A stretch of DNA of 64,000 nucleotides from Octopus vulgaris. Lineage: Eukaryota. The notes beneath the pieces were generated by a model. The model saw only the letters and a list, made by a program, of their open reading frames with translations, had not been told where the DNA came from and made no database searches. The number at the start of each line of letters is the position of its first letter. Position 1 is the stretch's first letter. The DNA is taken from assembly GCA_951406725.2 (NCBI GenBank), contig OX597817.1, positions 83,638,001 to 83,702,000 of the forward strand, written 5' to 3'. The translations under genes and the position numbers were made by a program. Positions 24,539-37,330 of this stretch are shown here, one piece after another.

Positions 24539-24860
24539 AAGAGTGCAGGCTTGCACAGAAGGTCGGATCTTCTGCTATACTGATCGACAGTCACTCATCA
24601 TCTTCTTCATCAGATATCTTGCGATCATTTTTCGCCACTTTCCCCATATGTCTTCTGTGGTCTTCGTCTTTCACAAGTACCATTCACTCCAAGCACTCAG
24701 TATTTAGCAAGAAAGAGGAAGACCACAAAAGACATAGGAAAGTGGCGAAAAATGATCGCAAGATGTCGCATCCGATGGAGAAGATGATAAGAAACAGTCA
24801 ACCGGTGATACACGGTAAAGCAGAAGACCCAACTTTCTGCACAAGCATGCACTCTTCCTT
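24535..24860. repeat. Two RTE 3' ends in inverted orientation (foldback, arms of about 150 bp)
   Basis: TCTTGCGATCATTTTTCGCCACTTTCC and GGAAAGTGGCGAAAAATGATCGCAAGA. The right arm reads RGRPQKT..KVAKND, an RTE C-terminus. Confidence 0.8.
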
Positions 24861-25319
24861 TACCTATTAATTTGTGCTCGCATTCACCGTTTGTTCTCCC
24901 AATCACAGCGTCTATTCTACATCCTCTTATTTCCCTATCACATCTTCTACTCACCATGCTGTACCACCTTTATTACAGATATCATTCAGTAATCCTTTCT
25001 GTAGACTCTCATTTGACTACAAGGAAAATAGCCGAGGAACTTCGTTGGAGGAAATTTAGATTTTCAGAAAAAAGATTGATAGCATTGGACTCATTCTTAC
25101 ATTTTGCCACATAGAAATCACAATTCGATCATGTGTATGAACGGCTTTTGTTCACGTGATAGTGCGGCGGTTTGTCTAGACTTTCTGTGAACACAATCTA
25201 TAAAGACAGTCACATTGGCTGCCAATTTTGAAGACGCCACAGTCGATATGGCGTTCCCCACTCTCGCCATATTCAGAGTGTTTCAGGTCCTGTTGACGTA
25301 CACTCTCTTAATAGCTGTT

Positions 25320-26752
25320 TTCCTCCTCCTCATCGTCGTCGTTTAACGTCCGCTTTCCATGCTGGCATGGATTGGACGGTTTGACTGAGGACTGGCGAGC
25401 CAGAAGGCTGCACCAGGCTCCAGTCTGATCTGGCAAAGTTTCTACAACTGGATGCCCTTCCTAATGCCAACCACCCCGGGAGTGTAGTGGGTGCTTTTAC
25501 GTGCCACCGGCACGAGGGCTAGTCAAGTGGTTCTTGCAACGACCACGCTCAAAAGGTGTATTGTACGTTCCACCCGCACGGGAACCAGTCCGGCGGCACT
25601 GGCAACGACCACGCTCAAATGCTGTTTTTCACGTGCCACCAGCACATGTGCCAGTAAGGTGACGCTGGCAACAATCATGCTCGAATGGTGCTTTTTACGT
25701 GCCACCGGCACAGGATCCAGTCAACGGCCCTGGCAACGATCATGCTCGGATGGTGCTTTTAACGTTCCACTGGCACGAGTGCCAATCAAGCGGTACTGTA
25801 ATCGGCTGCGTCAGCGATTTTGATTTCACTTGCCTCGACAGGTTTTCGCAAGCAAAGTTTATTGTCCAATAAATGAAGGGTACTCAAAAGTGGGCTGACT
25901 ATACACCACAAGCATAGGCTACAGCATATCTCCAAAGGTCTTGGTCACTGGTCAATGCCTCTGTAAGTCCCAATGTTCGAAGGTCGTGCTTCCCCACCTC
26001 ATTCCAGGTCTTCTTCGGTCTGCCTCTTCCACAGGTTCCCTCAACTGCTAGGGTGTGACACTTTTTCACACAGCTGTCCTCATCCATTCGCAACACATGA
26101 CCATACCAGCACAGTCGTCTCTCTTGCACACCACATCTGATGCTTCTTAAGTCCAACTTTTCTCTCAGGACGCTTACACTCTGTTGTGTATCACACTGAC
26201 ATTACACATCCAGCGGAGCATACTGGTTTCATTCCTTACAAGCTTACACATCTCCTCAGCAGTCACGGCCCATTTTTCACTGCCATATAGCATGGCTGTT
26301 CTTACACATGCGTCATACAGTCTACCTTTTACACTGAGCAAGAGGCCCTTTGTCACCAGCAGACGTAGGAGCTCCCTGAACTTTGTCCTGGTTATTCTTA
26401 TTCTAGCAGCTACACTTTCAGAGCATCCACCCTCGATACTGACTTGGTCACCTAGGTAACGGAAGCTATCAACTACTAGTTTTTTCTCCCTGGAGTGTGA
26501 CAGAAGCTGTTCTTTGCACATTTTCAGTGTATATTGCTCCTGAGCATTTGCCACACAGAAAAACTATCTTCTCAGTTAGCCTTCCTTTGATATTGCTGCA
26601 CATCTTATATGTCCATAGCTTACACTGGGTACATCTTATAGATTTTCTACCTATGCATTTTCTACAGATCGAGCAGGGCCATCTACCAGAGGGGATTTGT
26701 GGTTTGTCTGCCTTCCTACTTATTAAGACTTTGGTTTTAGCTAGGTTGATGA
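25320..26752 (-). mobile_element. 5'-truncated RTE LINE with PHD-like insert, C-terminus, repeat-containing 3' UTR and (GAN)n tail
   Basis: INLAKTKVL...DSFRYLGD...GRLYDACVRTAMLYGSE...RRLCWYGHVLRM...GRGRPKKTW. Confidence 0.92.
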
Positions 26753-27642
26753 TAGTAAATGCGTGTGAAAGGAACGTAGGTTCGTTTTTAAAATATAACA
26801 GAAGACGAAACTATGTTTACATAGGTAATGAAATAGATAGAATAATGAAAAGAACTAATTAAGGGATTATGATCTGTGCAGAGAGGTGTTAGATGTTGCA
26901 TATTCAACCTGGAATGATCAAAGAAGACACACCACAGCACCTGAATACATATTTGATATGTAAAAATTAGCCCAAATGTTGAATTTGTAACACAGACTTT
27001 CAGTACATGTTATATTAGGCTGTTGCATCTGAAAGCTTCCATTAATTGTATAGCATGAACTCCTTTCCTATTGATGTAACATATAGATTATGTTCCAACA
27101 CATAAAGGAACCTTCCTTGTTACAGATCCTTCAGGCACAACTTTTCTTTCCTACACCCATGATAATTCCACTGCACTGTCTTTGACAAATATGTGAATGG
27201 AGGATGACAGCTGAATGGTGTCCATAGGAAGAGTCGGGTCTTCTGCTATACCATGCATCACCGGTCAAGAATCACTTATCATCTCCTTCATCAGATGTGG
27301 CTGCAGCAAAACAAAGAGAGTCGTGGTACAGTTCATAATTTCTCTTGTATTTGTTGGTAAATGCTGTCTACAGTGCATTCACATTTCATCTCCTGATGTA
27401 AATCAGAATTATTAGTTAATATTCACTCCTGAACTATACTCAAATTCAGAAACACTATTGGAGTTCTAACTTCATTGTCTTTGGATACAAAAATATAACA
27501 ACAGTATGAAAGTTTGAAGTTTATAAACATTTGTATGAGTTCCAATGTCTTCTAAGGTTATGTATTGACAAACAAGTACCCATGTTGTTCACTGTGTGAA
27601 GGGGAAATACATGTAATTCTCTGTTTATTTTTCATTTCATAG

Positions 27643-27874
27643 GGCAGCAGTTTTCTCAGATGATGAGGACGATTCTGAGTATGAAAGCCTGATGCTTCAA
27701 AAGCCACCTCCTGTCATTCAGTTTCCAAAAGAGAGAGCATCTTGATCCCACTTGTCTTCTCCAGAGCCAAGTAGATATCCACAACAAACTGACATCCACA
27801 ATATGCCAAAAGAAAGAAGTGCAAATGTAGCTCCTCCCAATTTGTTGGGAAAAAATCTGAACAGTTGTTGTATG
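27643..27874 (+). pseudogene. Exon-like segment of a DUF4806-like (transposon accessory) gene
   Basis: Pyrimidine tract with CATAG acceptor and GTAAGT donor; reads AAVFSDDEDDSEYESLMLQKPPPV... with one in-frame TGA. Confidence 0.5.
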
Positions 27875-28629
27875 GTAAGTCAATATTATATCATTGGTAT
27901 ACTTTAAGGTATGTGGAAAGTGGTTTCAAATTTATTTATAAACAGAAAAATGAAATATTCTGTGTTTGAAAGCAGCTCTTGTGGTCATTCCATGGAGAGT
28001 CATGTTTGAAATGCATGCTTTTACCCTGATACATAATTACAGTGCTTAAGAAATAACTGGCAGGTAAATGAGAGTAGAGTCAAAAGACAAAACACATTTT
28101 CAAGAATTTTATCTTGTTTCAAAGGATTACTTAAAAACAATAAATTGGTCAATCTGGTCTGTTGATATTTGTGTGAGGATATCATAAGTTTTAGCTTCAG
28201 ATAGCCACAGTGTCTCCAAGTCAGACGTTTTCTCTTTTGGGTGAAGAGGTACAAGAATTTTGCTTGTATTAGTGTGAGGAATATAATACTGTAATATTAC
28301 TTGGGGCACTGAAACATGGTGCCACTTCCCTGTTAAATAGGTATCATAATTCCCATTTCTGGAACATGAAACCCCTATCCCTAATCACGGCAAACTAGAA
28401 AAGGCAAATAAATATTAGTGTTATATCTGTGGCCTTATATAAGGCCATAGATAGTTGATTGTTGGTTTAGCAATCTCTCCAATTCCAGAAAGCAAATGTG
28501 AAATGAGATTATTATTGATTGTGTATTATTTTCAATATATCTGTAAACTACTAATGTCATAAGGTATACTCAGCAAGTATTTCGTAACTCTACTCTACCT
28601 TTTTTTCTCTATCTTCTATTTCAGTTCAG

Positions 28630-28872
28630 GATCAGCTCTTGAAGGATCAGCTATTCAGTTCAGGATCAGCAATTGAAAAAATTCGAGAGGAACAGTCTCA
28701 GCAGAGGGAAATGCTGCAGTCTATACTGCAGTTAATTCAAAATATTCCATCCTCACCATCCATTTTGGAAACAAGAAATCTCCGTGACACAATTCATTTC
28801 CCTTGCCAGAGTCAAGAGGATCTTGAGGCTTTGGAAGCTGAGTTAAGTGATGGTGCAGTTCAAAATAACATG
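28630..28872 (+). pseudogene. Exon of DUF4806-like gene
   Basis: TTCAG acceptor and GTAAGT donor; IEKIREEQSQQREMLQSIL...FPCQSQEDLEALEAELSD...NM resembles the coiled coil and LP..S.EEL..LE motif that precede DUF4806 (recognised from memory). Confidence 0.6.
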
Positions 28873-29589
28873 GTAAGTTGTACATTTTACATTTTTATGG
28901 TTTTACCTGCTGGTTCATTAATAACCTCTCTGTCCCTCTCTAACTGATCTGTCTACTTACATGTGACTATTGCTTTCTTCATTCTTCACATGTGTGTGTT
29001 TTCATATCCCACACACACACCAAAGAAACTCACATCCATCATTATGTGTTCATCTCAGTACTCATAACTGCAGATTCAGTTTGTTTTGAAAGTATAATAA
29101 TTAAAAATACTTAAGTACATCAACCTGATGTTCAATTGAAAAGATTATTTGATTAAGGTCCCAGCAGGAACTTCAGAAATTAACAGAAGTACTGTGGTTT
29201 GCTACTTCTGTTTTATTTACCGGTAGAATAAGGTAAGTCAACCAATGGCATCTTATGCATAAACAATTTGACAAATGGACGTCATGTGCATAAACAATTT
29301 ACAAAACTTGATCCTATTTGTATGTTGTCACTGCTTATCAGAAAATAGCCTAGATGCTGAAATTGACATTGTGCACCATATGTAATATAATGATGGGATA
29401 TCTTTCTGGGCTCTTATATTTGCCAACCCAAATTTATCACTCCGTCATTTGCAATGTTTCCATGTCACTGTTGTCTGCCTGTACAGGCAGCCATCACTGC
29501 CAAGGAAACATACACATTAGTCAACAACAGGAAATAGATTGGGTGATATTTAAACATTATGATTTGAGAACCTAGGTAGTGTAAATAGT

Positions 29590-29731
29590 TTTGTTTCATC
29601 AGAAGGATGTCCTTGGAAACCCTTGGATTTTTGTGGAGTGGTTGTGATGGTCCTTGAATATAGCTTGAAAATACCATTGAAAAACCTTGAAAACCCTTGA
29701 ATTTTCTTTTTAAAAACCCACAGGAACCCTG
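29590..29731 (-). mobile_element. DNA transposon terminus (CAGGGTTCC end with subterminal CCTTGAA repeats), superfamily uncertain
   Basis: Repeated CCTTGAA/CCTTGGA ending in GGAACCCTG. Confidence 0.55.
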
Positions 29732-31229
29732 TTAATTGTTTTTGATGTTTGACAAAAAGGCTATTATTCTACATTTTGCTTTACATTTGAGTAAATATTT
29801 TATCCTTTGCTCATAGTGTATTGAAAATGACTGCATTTTGTAATTTTGATTTGCAGTCATTGGACTAAAAATGGCATTGGTTATATGATGATATTAATAT
29901 TCAGTTGGAATACTGTTTTAGCCAGACTGGGTGTGGTGGGAGTTGTACTAGCTTCGGTAGGTTCTGACATAAAACAGTAGTGAACATTTTATGAATGTGA
30001 ATCTTTCAGTTTGTATCTGTTTTCAACTGTAAAGTTAGTCAAATGCATGTAATTTATGCTAGTTGATTTTTGCCTTTGTGAATAGTACATGAGTAAATGG
30101 ATGTGAGTGCATTTGTTATTCTCACATTGAGAACTACTTTTAAGTAACATAATCAATTAATTTCAGGGGCTGTTCACAAGACTGTGAAAATTGCAACAGA
30201 AGTAGAGTTTGAATTGGTGACTCAAGAATGGCTTTGGACTGCCGGTGACAGAAATAGTAGCTGAAAGAGAAGAATAAAAAAGAATTTGGACAAGTTGGCT
30301 CTTGACAATGAATCTGTCACAGATCTCAGGTCTGCACAAACTGAAAATTAAGATAACCCATTTACGGATTACCTCAATTTTTTTAGGGTAATCCATTTTA
30401 GCAATTCATTGGTAACAATAGGCTGAATAGCTTTGCATACATGGTTTTGTCTTCCATTCAAATTACTCATTCACCAGGTAAATAAATAATACTCCTATAT
30501 GTGGTTTCAAATACAATTTTGTTGATGATATCTCTCACAATTAATTTGTTTTTCCTAATTTTGCACAATCTAAAATATATTTATTTTTAACAAATCTCCC
30601 AAATTTCAAGTCATAAAATCAAACCCTAAAATGAATACCGTTACTCCTTATTTACCGGTCTCTATGTGCAGATATGAATGATTGTTGAACTTTGTCATAA
30701 ATAGCCACAGCTATTAACACCAATTAAATAAATATCTTACTTTTACAGTGTATATTGGCCAGTATATTTTGTCTTCATTTTCATTTTCATTAACTTTCAG
30801 ATGTTGTGATTTACTTTTGTTGTGTTGTAAATAGTCATTTTTCAAAGTTATAGTTTATAAAATAACTGATGTTTGCAAAGAAAAATTAGATGTTCATTTT
30901 TTAATTTTTTCTGGCGGTTTCTACCTGATTTTTCAGATATTCCCATATACATGCCATGTAAACTGATGCTCATACATTTACATCTTCAAAATAAATTTAA
31001 TATTGTTTCTGTTTGGCAGTGGGTGGTCGTCATTGGCTGTAAATTGAAACAATATTATTATTTTATTTTCAAACGCTGGGTGGGTGAGGCTGGAATCAGA
31101 GAAATTCATGCCAAGGATCTGGTGCAATGCTATGAAGAACATGAAGTGTGGTTGATGTCGAACCTGTATAAATGTTTAATCGTACATTAATTAGACCATC
31201 CTTGAATTAATTCAAAGCCAGATCAGGCA

Positions 31230-31526
31230 TTTGACAAAATCAACTTCAGCCGATATTGAGACTTCTCAAGTTGAAAAACCATACATCAGTCCAACCTCAT
31301 TTTCATATCGGACCAATGTCACCTTGATGACATTGGGCCGATGTCGACCCAAAGTAAGAGACCAAAATCTCACATTGGCCCGACATCAGGGAATATGTTG
31401 GCCTGATGTTGCGCTGTGTTGCAAAATGAGATTGGGCCAAAATCAAACCGACACAATTTCCGATGTAGGGCTGATATAGGTAACAACATTGGTATGATAT
31501 CAGCCAAATATGGTTTTGCTGGCTGG
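31230..31526. mobile_element. EnSpm/CACTA-like (CMC) right terminus
   Basis: Ends TTTTGCTGGCTGG, the reverse complement of a CCCAGC-AGCA-type TIR, after many short CCGAT/ATCGG/TTGGGCC subterminal palindromes. Confidence 0.6.
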
Positions 31527-31539
31527 AAAGGTGACACCT

Positions 31540-31982
31540 AATGTGCCTGAACCCAGAACCTTGTGGCTGAGAAGCAAGCTTCTTATCACACAGCCACAAG
31601 GCGGCAAGCTGGCATAATTGCTAGCATGCCAGGCAAAATGCTTAGCGGTATTTTGTCTGTCTGCACGTTCTGGGTTCAAATTCCACTGAGGTCGACTATG
31701 CCGTTTATCTTTTCGGGGCCAATAAAATAGGTACCAGTTGAGTACTGACGTCGATGTAATCGATCTACCCCTACCCCCAAATTTTCTGGCCTTGTGCCTT
31801 TAATAGAAAGGATAATTAGCATTACTGTAATTATAGGAACCAAAGGAGTAGTACATCAATACTGAAACATAGAAGTAAACGAAATTATAATTTCCAACAC
31901 ATAACTTTCATTCTTTTGTTCAAAGCTTTGTGAGTGGATTTGATTGATAGAAACTAAAAGAAGCCCGCGATATATACAATCA

Positions 31983-32016
<34 letters not shown>

Positions 32017-32029
32017 CAGACATGCTTAT

Positions 32030-32100
<71 letters not shown>

Positions 32101-32325
32101 TCTATATATATATATAGAGAGAGAGAGATAGGTCATCACCACCACTTGACAACCGGTGCTGGTTTGTTTACGTTCCCGTAACTTAGTCGTTCTACACAAT
32201 GCACCGATAGAATAAGTACCAGGCTTTAAAAAATATCCATAAGTACTTGGGTCAATTTGTTCGACTAAAACACATTACGGTGGTGCCCCAGAATGGCTGT
32301 CCAATGACTGAAACACGTGCAAAAG
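31540..32325. mobile_element. SINE cluster: family B head (-), family A (+, 31600-31815), family B body with microsatellite (+, 31922-32325)
   Basis: Family motifs as described above. Confidence 0.8.
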
Positions 32326-33872
32326 AGATTCTCCAGTAGTACCGAAACTACGTCATATTACATTTCTCTTGTTTCATACTGAGACCAACATTACGTTTCA
32401 CTTCTCCTGGCAAATCAAGGAAGTAACAGTAATATACTGAGTCGATTTATTAAGACTTTATTCTTACTGTATGTAGATAAAACATAATATAAAATATTTT
32501 ACGACAGATTTTTATGGTATAATATTCATACGGAACTAATCTTCTATGACACCGACCGGCCATGTGTCTGTGATACAAACAAGTGTTTAATTCGTACAGC
32601 TGATTTCCTCTGCTGCATTTAGTTTCACTTGCATTTGTTTACTTCCGGAGATTTGTTCACAATGCAGGTATATTATCCCAATTTATTTTAAAATTCTTAT
32701 TACGATTGTATCATTTTATCTTTTTTCTGAAACCATATCAACTTTTTATTTCAAACTATATCTGTTACTGACTAACCAAACATTTGCGCCTAAAACTGAC
32801 TAAACATGGGCAAGCTCCCTTGATAAACATTACTTTGTGTATATTTTCTTAGTCTTACATTTCTAACTATTCTTAATTCACACATCGTCTGATAGATATT
32901 CTAGTTAGAAATCGATACCCGGACTTCAATTAGGTTGACAAACATTTATTTACATCACCGCCAAGACATTTATACAAGTTACAAGTGTTCCTACTTCACG
33001 GACATAAAAATCAACAAAATCAACAAATCTTTATAATAATTAACTGGAAATCGGAATTTATTTATACTGAAGTGGCACTGGAACAACGTAAAAGTCTTCA
33101 ATATCTTATTTTTATCGACCTCACTTGATATAATATTTATTCAGTTGGAACCGAATGAAAATTATTCTGAGGTAGTCTATCCGATAATTCCAAATAAAGA
33201 CATCTTATTAGCATAGTATTATTTCAAATTATACTATAATGCCCAACAATATCTGGTTTCACTAAACTCTTCCAGGGAAATTTATGTACCATCACTTTAC
33301 TCGAAAGATAAACAGAATCATTGTTTTTGTTTTATTTTATATTGTAATCTTTCTACATGCCTCTTCTGTAGTAAGCCGTATTATACACACTGCGCATTCG
33401 AAAATTCCATGTAAAGAGATGGAGAGAAATTCTATAGGGAAAGTAGTCTGTGTAAATGTAATTGATAAAAATGTTTTCAGAGTCCTATCTAGACAATGGG
33501 ATTCAGTGACTTAGTTTCTTAACTCATTTTCTCTCAATTTTTATAAAGATGACAACCATAAACATTGTTCACACATCAAGCAAACACCTAAGCCATGAAA
33601 CCACCAGCATAGTAGCATATACTCCCTCAAACGATAATGCATTACCTAAAAAAAAAGTATACCTGTCATACAACTTAAGATTACATAACCAATGACTGTT
33701 CTTACTTCATCTTGAACCTTCCTCAAGACTTATTGCTGATGTTCAAATATCATGCAGCAATAGACAAAGACATAAGCATAATTGTGTGGTTAAGAAGTTT
33801 ACTTTAATCCCCAAGTGTTTCTTGGTTCAGTTCCACTCTGCAGCATCTTATTCAAGTATCTTTTTCTGTTGT

Positions 33873-34168
33873 CAGATGATATCACCTTCTACCACTGCAG
33901 ATGGTATTACCCTTCACCCCTGTAAATGATACCATCTTTTACCTCTGCTGATTTTACCACCCTTTACTTCTGCAGATGATACCACCTTTCACCCCTACAG
34001 ATGGGACTGCTCTTCATTCTTGCAGATAATACAACCCTTCACCTCTTCAGATGTCACCTTCACTCCCAACCGATAATACCATCTTTCACCCCCTACAGGT
34101 GATATCACCCTTCACCCCTGCATATGGAACTACTCTTCACCCCTACACACGATGCCACCCTACATTCT
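33873..34168. repeat. Minisatellite, about 12 x 25 bp (CAGATGATACCACCTTTCACCCCTG)
   Basis: Units counted by eye; diverged. Confidence 0.9.
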
Positions 34169-35017
34169 TTCAAACCCCACCATTGAATAACCATCTACAA
34201 ACAAACTTAGTCATCTCACACTAAGTCTGCTCCAATTCCATGAAGAGAGGCCTCAGAAAACACCATGACCCTCTCAATCTCCTCATGAATGTATGCACAA
34301 TTAGAACCCTCTCAATTGCTATAAATGCTAGACGTTATCTGTGAAGACTTCTCCCACACTGATACCCTTAACATAGCTGAGACTGGCTTTTTCTTTGGAT
34401 TCAGAAAATACTTCAGCACCCAACTTCAATTGAGTTCTGCCTCACACCACTGCATTTGGTATAGTGCTTCTACTGCTACTACTATACCCTCAAACATTTT
34501 GGACTACATACAATGATCCTTTGACTGCTTAGTATAAAGCTATTCTTCCACCTCTGACCAACAGACATGCTCTTTATCTTTTTTGATGCTCCTTTAGAAT
34601 CCCCTATTCTTTGGAACTGGCTGATTTTATGCCACTCTATTCATACATTCTTGACTCATTCGTATCTCCTTCTTTCATCACTCATGTTATGTTCAACTAC
34701 TCGTTCCTTCTTCCCCAGAATGTCATCCCTCTCGTATTCCAGCTTTGCATGTCTTTCCTGCAGAACAAAGTTCATGATTCTTGCAGGCTCTCTGAGACTA
34801 TTGAGGCTGATGCCATTAATGATCTATTGCAAATCAAATCAACACATGCAGTGAAGATATGAGTGACACGGGGATTTTAGGTCACAGCCTTTGTTCAGCA
34901 GGAAAATAATATCAATTGTTTTCTACAGTAGGCTTAAGACCTGAAATTTGGTGAGAAGGAGAAAAGCAATTACATTGACACCCATCCCCCCCATGTTCAA
35001 CTGGTTTTTATTTATCA

Positions 35018-35483
35018 GGGACACAAAACTCTACTTGTGAAGACCTGTTGAGGCAAGTGAGGATCAGAATCGAAATCGATCAATGGAAATTGCAGATGTG
35101 TTACCAGTGTCGGTGGCATGTAAGAGAACCATCCGTTCGTGACCGTTGCCAGCGCCACCCCGACTGGCCTCGTGCCGGTGGCACATAAAAAGCACCATCC
35201 GTTCGTGTCCATTGCCAGCCTCGCCTGGCCCCCGTGCCGGTGGCACATAAAAAACACCATCCATTCATGGCCGTTTGCCAGCTCTGTCTGGCACCTGTGC
35301 GGGTGGCACGTAAAAAGCACCCACTACACTCACGGAGTGGTTGGCGTTAGGAAGGGCATCCAGCCGTAGAAACACTGCCAGATCTGACTAGGCCTGATGA
35401 AGCCTTCCGGCTTCACAGACCCCAGTTGAACCGTCCAACCCATGCTAGCATGGAAAATGGGTGCTAAACAATGATGATGATGA
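35018..35483 (+). mobile_element. RTE 3' UTR fragment with internal repeats and (GAT)n tail
   Basis: GTGCCGGTGGCAC-TAAAAAGCACC units, GTTGGCGTTAGGAAGGGCATCCAGCCGTAGAAAC, (GAT)n tail. Confidence 0.85.
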
Positions 35484-35546
35484 AAGACTAAGTTGACCTT
35501 GGCAGAATTTGAAACCAGATTGCAAAGCCTAAAGAAATGCTACTAG

Positions 35547-35885
35547 GCACAAGCATGGCTGTATGGTAAGAAGTCTGCTTCCCAACCACATGATTTTGGG
35601 TTCAGTCCTACTGTGTGGTACTTTGGGCAAGTGTCTTCTACTATAGTCTTGGACCTACCAAAGTCTTGTGAGTGGATTTGGCAAAAGTTCAGCTGAAAGA
35701 AGCCCATTGTATATTATATATATGTGTGCCATCCACCACCACTTGACAATTGGTGTCAGTGTGTTTACATCCCCATAACTTAGCAGTTCAGCAAAAGAGA
35801 CTAATGCAATAAGTACTAGGCTTAAAAAGAAAATGAGTTCTGGGATCAATTAGTTCAACTAAAATTCTTCAAAATAGTACCCCCA
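35547..35885 (+). mobile_element. CORE-type SINE family B, near full length
   Basis: GGCTGT-TGGTAAGAAG head, TTGGGCAAGTGTCTTCT core and family tail. Confidence 0.85.
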
Positions 35886-35899
35886 ACTTTAATGAGTCA

Positions 35900-36680
35900 T
35901 TATCATCATCATCATTGTTTAACATCCGCTTTCCATGCTAGCATGGGTTGGATGATTTGACTGAGGACTGGCAAACCAGATGGCTGCTCCAATCTGATCT
36001 GGCAGAGTTTCTACAGCTAGATGCCTTTCCTAACGCCAACCACTCTGAGAGTATAGTGGGTGCTTTTTTTACGTGCCACCGGCACGAGGGCTAGTCAGGC
36101 AGTACTGGAGATGGCCATGCTCAAATGGTGTTTTTTACGTGCCACCTGCACAGGTGCCAGTCCGGCGGCACTGGCAATGACCTCACTCAAATGTTTTTCC
36201 ACTTGCCACCGGCACAAGTGCCAGTAAGGCAACACTGGTAACAATCACACTCTAATGAGTAAAACAAGTAAAAGGTAGGCACGTGATCTAACTTGCTCAC
36301 AAGTCTGCTAGATTAACACAAGGCTACAAATTTGTAGGGGCTGATATATTTAATTCAATCTAATCCGCTACGTGACTGTAGTGAAATGAAGATAAGAATA
36401 AACTAGAATAAGATGTTAACTTAAAATGACAAGGGTTGTAATTATCATTGAGTAATCATCATCATTGTTTAACATCTGTCTTTCATGCTGGCATGGAATT
36501 GACAGTTCACAGAATCTGATGAGCTGCAGGACTGTGTTGACCTCTCGTGTTTGCTTTGGCATGGTTTCCTCAGCCAGGTGTGTTTCCTAACACTAATCAC
36601 TTTACAGAGTGTGCTGAGTGCTTTTTGCATAGCAAGCACCAACACTAGTGAGGTCACCAAGTAACTCACAAAACATTACT
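35900..36680 (-). mobile_element. Two RTE 3' UTR fragments (35900-36250 and 36455-36680)
   Basis: (CAT)n followed by GTTTAACATC-G-TTTCCATGCT-GCATGG. Confidence 0.85.
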
Positions 36681-37330
36681 CAACTAAGTAGAGGTGTAGT
36701 ATTGAGAGATGTACTTTTATTTCAGGTGATGTGAGGTTAAAGTATAATAGAGGGACCGAAACAGGTATCTTGCTGTAGCAGAGATACATAACCACTCCTG
36801 CTGGAAAGAGAGAAAAGAAATGGCAGGGATTAGGTGTCAGGGCATAGTAAAATAACAGATATACCTACTATTTTTACCTCCTTGTCTAAAGTCGATGTTT
36901 GTTAGTTTTAATGATGAGTATTCAGTTGTTTGACCAACTGAATGACCTCTCCATTGAATTATTATGTTTTGCATTCCACAGGATGTCCAATAAATCTCTT
37001 CACCAAGCAAGCTTGGAGAGGTTACCAATTTATTCGCCAATCACATAACCATGCAACAGGTTGTACTGGGTTACATGTTGCTAGTAGTGTTTGAGAGCGA
37101 TCTGACATAAGAGACACATGTAATGTTAATGTAAATTTAGGGCAGAAATGCTGTTTTATAAGTATGACATAGCTGGGTCAATAAATTACAGGTTCAGCCC
37201 ATCGAATGGGCTTCCTAAAAGTTTCCATCTCCCCACTTTCACCAATACAGATTGGCTAAACTTGGGCTAAGGTAAATGCCCTTTACCCACAATGACATGC
37301 AGTGAGAAGTGTGACAGTGAAGTAAACTTC

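Noticed and set aside
24600-24616. Minus-strand CUGAUGAAG (also at 27285)
   Set aside because: Lies within RTE C-terminal coding sequence and has no matching stems.
32640-32667. ACTTCCGG motif plus ATGCAG/GT as FOCAD first exon
   Set aside because: No similarity to the FOCAD N-terminus; the motif alone is insufficient.
33873-34168. CRISPR-like periodicity
   Set aside because: Contiguous diverged units with no spacers, in eukaryotic context with no cas genes.
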